From: an uncultured Bacteroides sp.
GTDB lineage: Bacteria; Bacteroidota; Bacteroidia; Bacteroidales; Muribaculaceae
NCBI GenBank assembly: GCA_964606815.1
Contig: CAZSHV010000001.1
Span: 9,909-69,871 of the forward strand
Direction of reading: 5' to 3'
DNA: 59,963 nucleotides
Shown in pieces: positions 57,012-59,963 of this stretch. Numbering within the stretch: position 1 is the first letter of the stretch; every line of letters starts with the position of its first letter. The notes beneath the pieces were generated by a model that worked only from the letters and a program-made list of their open reading frames with translations, was not told the origin of the DNA and did not search any database. The position numbers and the translations under genes are program-made.

Positions 57012-57746
57012 ATGAACTTCATCGACGGCGAAATCCTGCTCATCGACAAGCCTCTTGGCTGGACCTCGTTCGACACCTGCAAGCGTCTGCGCTCGGCCAT
57101 GTGCCGCCGCATGGGCGTGAAGAAGGTGAAGGTGGGCCACGCCGGCACGCTCGACCCTCTGGCCACAGGCGTGATGATGATATGCACGGGCCGCGCCACC
57201 AAGCGCATCGAGGAGCTCCAGAGCGGCGTGAAGGAATACGTGGCCACCATGCGCCTGGGTGCCACCACGCCCAGCTTCGACCTCGAGACAGCCGTGGACG
57301 CCACCTACCCCACCGAGCACATCACCCGCGAGCTCGTGGAGGAAGCGCTCACGCGCTTCGTGGGCCGCATCGAGCAGGTGCCACCTGCCTTCTCTGCCTG
57401 CAAGGTCGACGGCCACCGCGCCTATAAAAAAGCCCGCCAAGGGCAGGCCGTGGAGCTCAAGCCCAAGACGCTGGTGATTGACGCCATTGAGCTCCTAGAC
57501 TTCCAGCCCGAGCAGATCACCGTGCGCGTGGTGTGCAGCAAGGGCACGTACATCCGCGCCCTGGCCCGCGACATCGGCCAGGCTCTGGGCTCCGGAGCCC
57601 ACCTCACAGCCCTGCGCCGCACGCGCGTGGGCGACGTCCGCGTGGAGGACTGCCTCACCGTGGACCAAGCAGCATCTCTCATAAACACAACTCCTATCGA
57701 ATATCCCGAAGGCTTCCAGGCCCCCGGGCAACAACAGCAAGCATGA
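57012..57746 (+). CDS. truB: tRNA pseudouridine(55) synthase
   Basis: '[14 protein letters not shown]', '[13 protein letters not shown]'. Confidence 0.96.
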   Translation: MNFIDGEILLIDKPLGWTSFDTCKRLRSAMCRRMGVKKVKVGHAGTLDPLATGVMMICTGRATKRIEELQSGVKEYVATMRLGATTPSFDLETAVDATYPTEHITRELVEEALTRFVGRIEQVPPAFSACKVDGHRAYKKARQGQAVELKPKTLVIDAIELLDFQPEQITVRVVCSKGTYIRALARDIGQALGSGAHLTALRRTRVGDVRVEDCLTVDQAASLINTTPIEYPEGFQAPGQQQQA

Positions 57747-58795
57747 AACTCTCACAATTCAAATTCCGCCTCCCCGAGGAGCTGATCGCGCAATATCCCG
57801 CCCCGCAAGCCGACGAGTGCAAGCTCATGGTGGTGCACAAGCGCACTGGCGAGATCGAGCACCGCATCTTCAAAGACCTGCTCGAATACTTCAACGACGG
57901 CGACCTGATGGTGTACAACGACACTCGCGTCTTCCCCGCCCGTCTCTATGGCAACAAGGAGAAGACCGGCGCGCGCATCGAGGTGTTCCTCCTTCGCGAG
58001 CTCAACGCCGAAAGCAAACTCTGGGACGTGCTCGTGGAGCCCGCGCGCAAAATCCGCATCGGCAACAAGCTCTACTTCGGCGAGGACGACTCGATGGTGG
58101 CCGAGGTGATCGACAACACCACCTCCCGCGGCCGCACGCTGCGATTCCTCTACGACGGCCCCCACGACGAATTCAAGGCTGCTCTCTACGCCCTGGGCGA
58201 GACCCCGCTGCCCGCCTACATCACCCGCCCCGTGGAGGAAGCCGACGCCGACGCCTACCAGTGCTTCTACGCCTCGAAAGAGGGCGCAGTGATGGCCCCG
58301 GCTGCCGGTCTGCACTTCACCCGCGAGCTGCTCAAGCGCTTGGAGATCAAGGGCGTGAACCAGGCATTCCTCACCGCGCACTGCGGCTTGGGCAATTTCC
58401 GCGAGATTGACGTGGAAGACCTCACCAAGCATCGCATGGACTCCGAGCAGATCATCATCACCCCGCAGCTCGTTGACCAAGTGAACGCCACCAACGACGC
58501 CCAGCACGTGGTCTGCGCCGTGGGCACCTCTGTGCTCCGCGCCATGGCCACAGCCGCCAGCATGGGAGGCCACATCCAGGCATACGACGGATGGACCAAC
58601 AAATTCATCTTCCCGCCCTACGAATTCACCGTGGCACGAGCCCTGGTCACCAACTTCCACATGCCCCTGTCAACTATGCTCATGATCACCGCTGCCTTCG
58701 GAGGCTACGACCTGGTGATGAAAGCATATGCAGAAGCTGTGAAGGAGCAATACCGCTTCGGGGCCTACGGCGATGCCATGCTCATACTCGACTAA
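57743..58795 (+). CDS. queA: S-adenosylmethionine:tRNA ribosyltransferase-isomerase
   Basis: '[10 protein letters not shown]', '[10 protein letters not shown]', 'APAAGLHF', 'TNFH', '[12 protein letters not shown]'. Confidence 0.95.
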   Translation: MKLSQFKFRLPEELIAQYPAPQADECKLMVVHKRTGEIEHRIFKDLLEYFNDGDLMVYNDTRVFPARLYGNKEKTGARIEVFLLRELNAESKLWDVLVEPARKIRIGNKLYFGEDDSMVAEVIDNTTSRGRTLRFLYDGPHDEFKAALYALGETPLPAYITRPVEEADADAYQCFYASKEGAVMAPAAGLHFTRELLKRLEIKGVNQAFLTAHCGLGNFREIDVEDLTKHRMDSEQIIITPQLVDQVNATNDAQHVVCAVGTSVLRAMATAASMGGHIQAYDGWTNKFIFPPYEFTVARALVTNFHMPLSTMLMITAAFGGYDLVMKAYAEAVKEQYRFGAYGDAMLILD

Positions 58796-58872
58796 CAACT
58801 GAATAGCACTTGCGGACGCGGATGTCCCACCTGCTCGCAGGCCTGCCCCGCTCCGCGCAAATCATATAGATT

Positions 58873-59898
58873 ATGGAAACTCAAATTGACTGGAAATCGC
58901 TGTCGTTCGGCTATATGCCCACCGACTACAACGTGCGCGCCCACTACAAAGACGGCAAATGGGGGCCTATAGAAGTTAGCGACTCGCCCTACATCCCCAT
59001 GCACATCGCCGCCACGTGTCTGCACTACGGACAGGAGATCTTCGAGGGACTGAAGGCCTTCCGCGGCGTGGACGGCAAAGTGAGAATATTCCGCCTGGAG
59101 GAGAACGCCAAGCGCATCATCGACTCTGCCAAGGGCCTGCTCATGGCCCCCGTCACAGTAGAGCTCTTCACAGAGATGGTGAAGAAATGCGTGGAGCTCA
59201 ACGCTCGCTTCATACCGCCATACGGCACCGGCGCCTCGCTCTACATCCGACCCCTGGAAGTGGGCATGAGCCCGCAGGTGGGTGTAAAGCCCGGCACAGA
59301 GTATACGTTCATCGTGTTCGTGTCGCCCGTCGGCCCCTACTTCAAGACTGGCTTCCGCCCCACTAATATATGCATCATGCGGCAGTATGACCGCGTGGCC
59401 CCCCAGGGCACCGGCCGCTGGAAAGCAGGCGGCAACTATGCTGCCTCGCTCGCATCCGGCGAGAAAGCCCACGCCATGGGCTATAGCGCCGTGCTTTTCC
59501 TCGACCCCAAGGAGAAGAAATACCTCGACGAGTGCGGCCCTGCCAATTTCTTTGCTATCAAGGACGGCAAGTACATCACCCCGGCTTCTGAGTCTATCCT
59601 TCCCTCAATCACCAATAAGAGCCTGATGCAGCTGGCCAAGGATATGGGCATAGAGGTGGAGCAGCGACACATCACCGTCGACGAGATTCCCTCCTTCACC
59701 GAAGCGGCTGCTTGCGGCACCGCCGCTGTGACATCCCCCGTGGGCGAAATCGACGACCTCGACACTGGAGAGAAATACGTCATGGCTCGCGACGGACAGC
59801 CCGGCCCCATCACCACGGCCCTCTACCACGCCCTGCAAGACATCCAGTATGGTCGTGCCGAAGACAAGTACGGCTGGAACACCATCCTCGATATTTAG
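58873..59898 (+). CDS. ilvE: Branched-chain amino acid aminotransferase
   Basis: 'LHYGQEIFEGLKA', 'KAGGNYAASL', 'ILPSIT', 'GTAA'. Confidence 0.95.
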   Translation: METQIDWKSLSFGYMPTDYNVRAHYKDGKWGPIEVSDSPYIPMHIAATCLHYGQEIFEGLKAFRGVDGKVRIFRLEENAKRIIDSAKGLLMAPVTVELFTEMVKKCVELNARFIPPYGTGASLYIRPLEVGMSPQVGVKPGTEYTFIVFVSPVGPYFKTGFRPTNICIMRQYDRVAPQGTGRWKAGGNYAASLASGEKAHAMGYSAVLFLDPKEKKYLDECGPANFFAIKDGKYITPASESILPSITNKSLMQLAKDMGIEVEQRHITVDEIPSFTEAAACGTAAVTSPVGEIDDLDTGEKYVMARDGQPGPITTALYHALQDIQYGRAEDKYGWNTILDI

Positions 59899-59963
59899 AG
59901 CCTGTCCTATAAAATCTGTTAACGCTGAGGCGGTCAGCCATTGAGCAGAGTTGTTCGTGTGAT

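Noticed and set aside
59898-59963. Possible IS terminal inverted repeat (GAGCCTGTCCTATAAA) at the ilvE stop
   Set aside because: The window ends before any transposase or partner repeat can be seen.

Overview
GC-rich Bacteroidales-type DNA (TAnnTTTG/TTTG promoters, Bacteroidetes gene order; possibly Muribaculaceae). Bases 1 to ~39.45 kb are the right-hand part of a siphovirus-like prophage: HTH genes, RecT/YqaJ recombination, initiator with ori-like repeats, primase-helicase, terminase, portal, head, tail, tape measure and lysis genes. A short decayed accessory stretch (39.5-42.4 kb) follows, then host genes (tpx, capD-like, trkH/trkA, lolC/E-like, rsfS, ftsH, ftsX, uppP, truB, queA, ilvE). 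The standout feature is a phage-head polymorphic toxin locus at 14.3-21.2 kb. One full-length MuF-like minor head protein carries a HExxH metallopeptidase tip. It is followed by three apparently silent cassettes, each with a 140-373 bp direct copy of the MuF 3' region fused to a different toxin-like tip (papain-fold, papain-fold plus extra domain, another metallopeptidase). Each tip is paired with a small convergent opposite-strand gene that has its own copy of a conserved Bacteroidetes promoter; these are putative immunity genes. A fifth, frameshifted cassette lies just beyond the lysis genes. Other signals: a 4-copy palindromic operator at late promoters, a tRNA-like RNA with an extended anticodon arm in the tail operon, and several convergent antisense small-RNA candidates. 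All family assignments come from motif recognition by eye; no database search was run.
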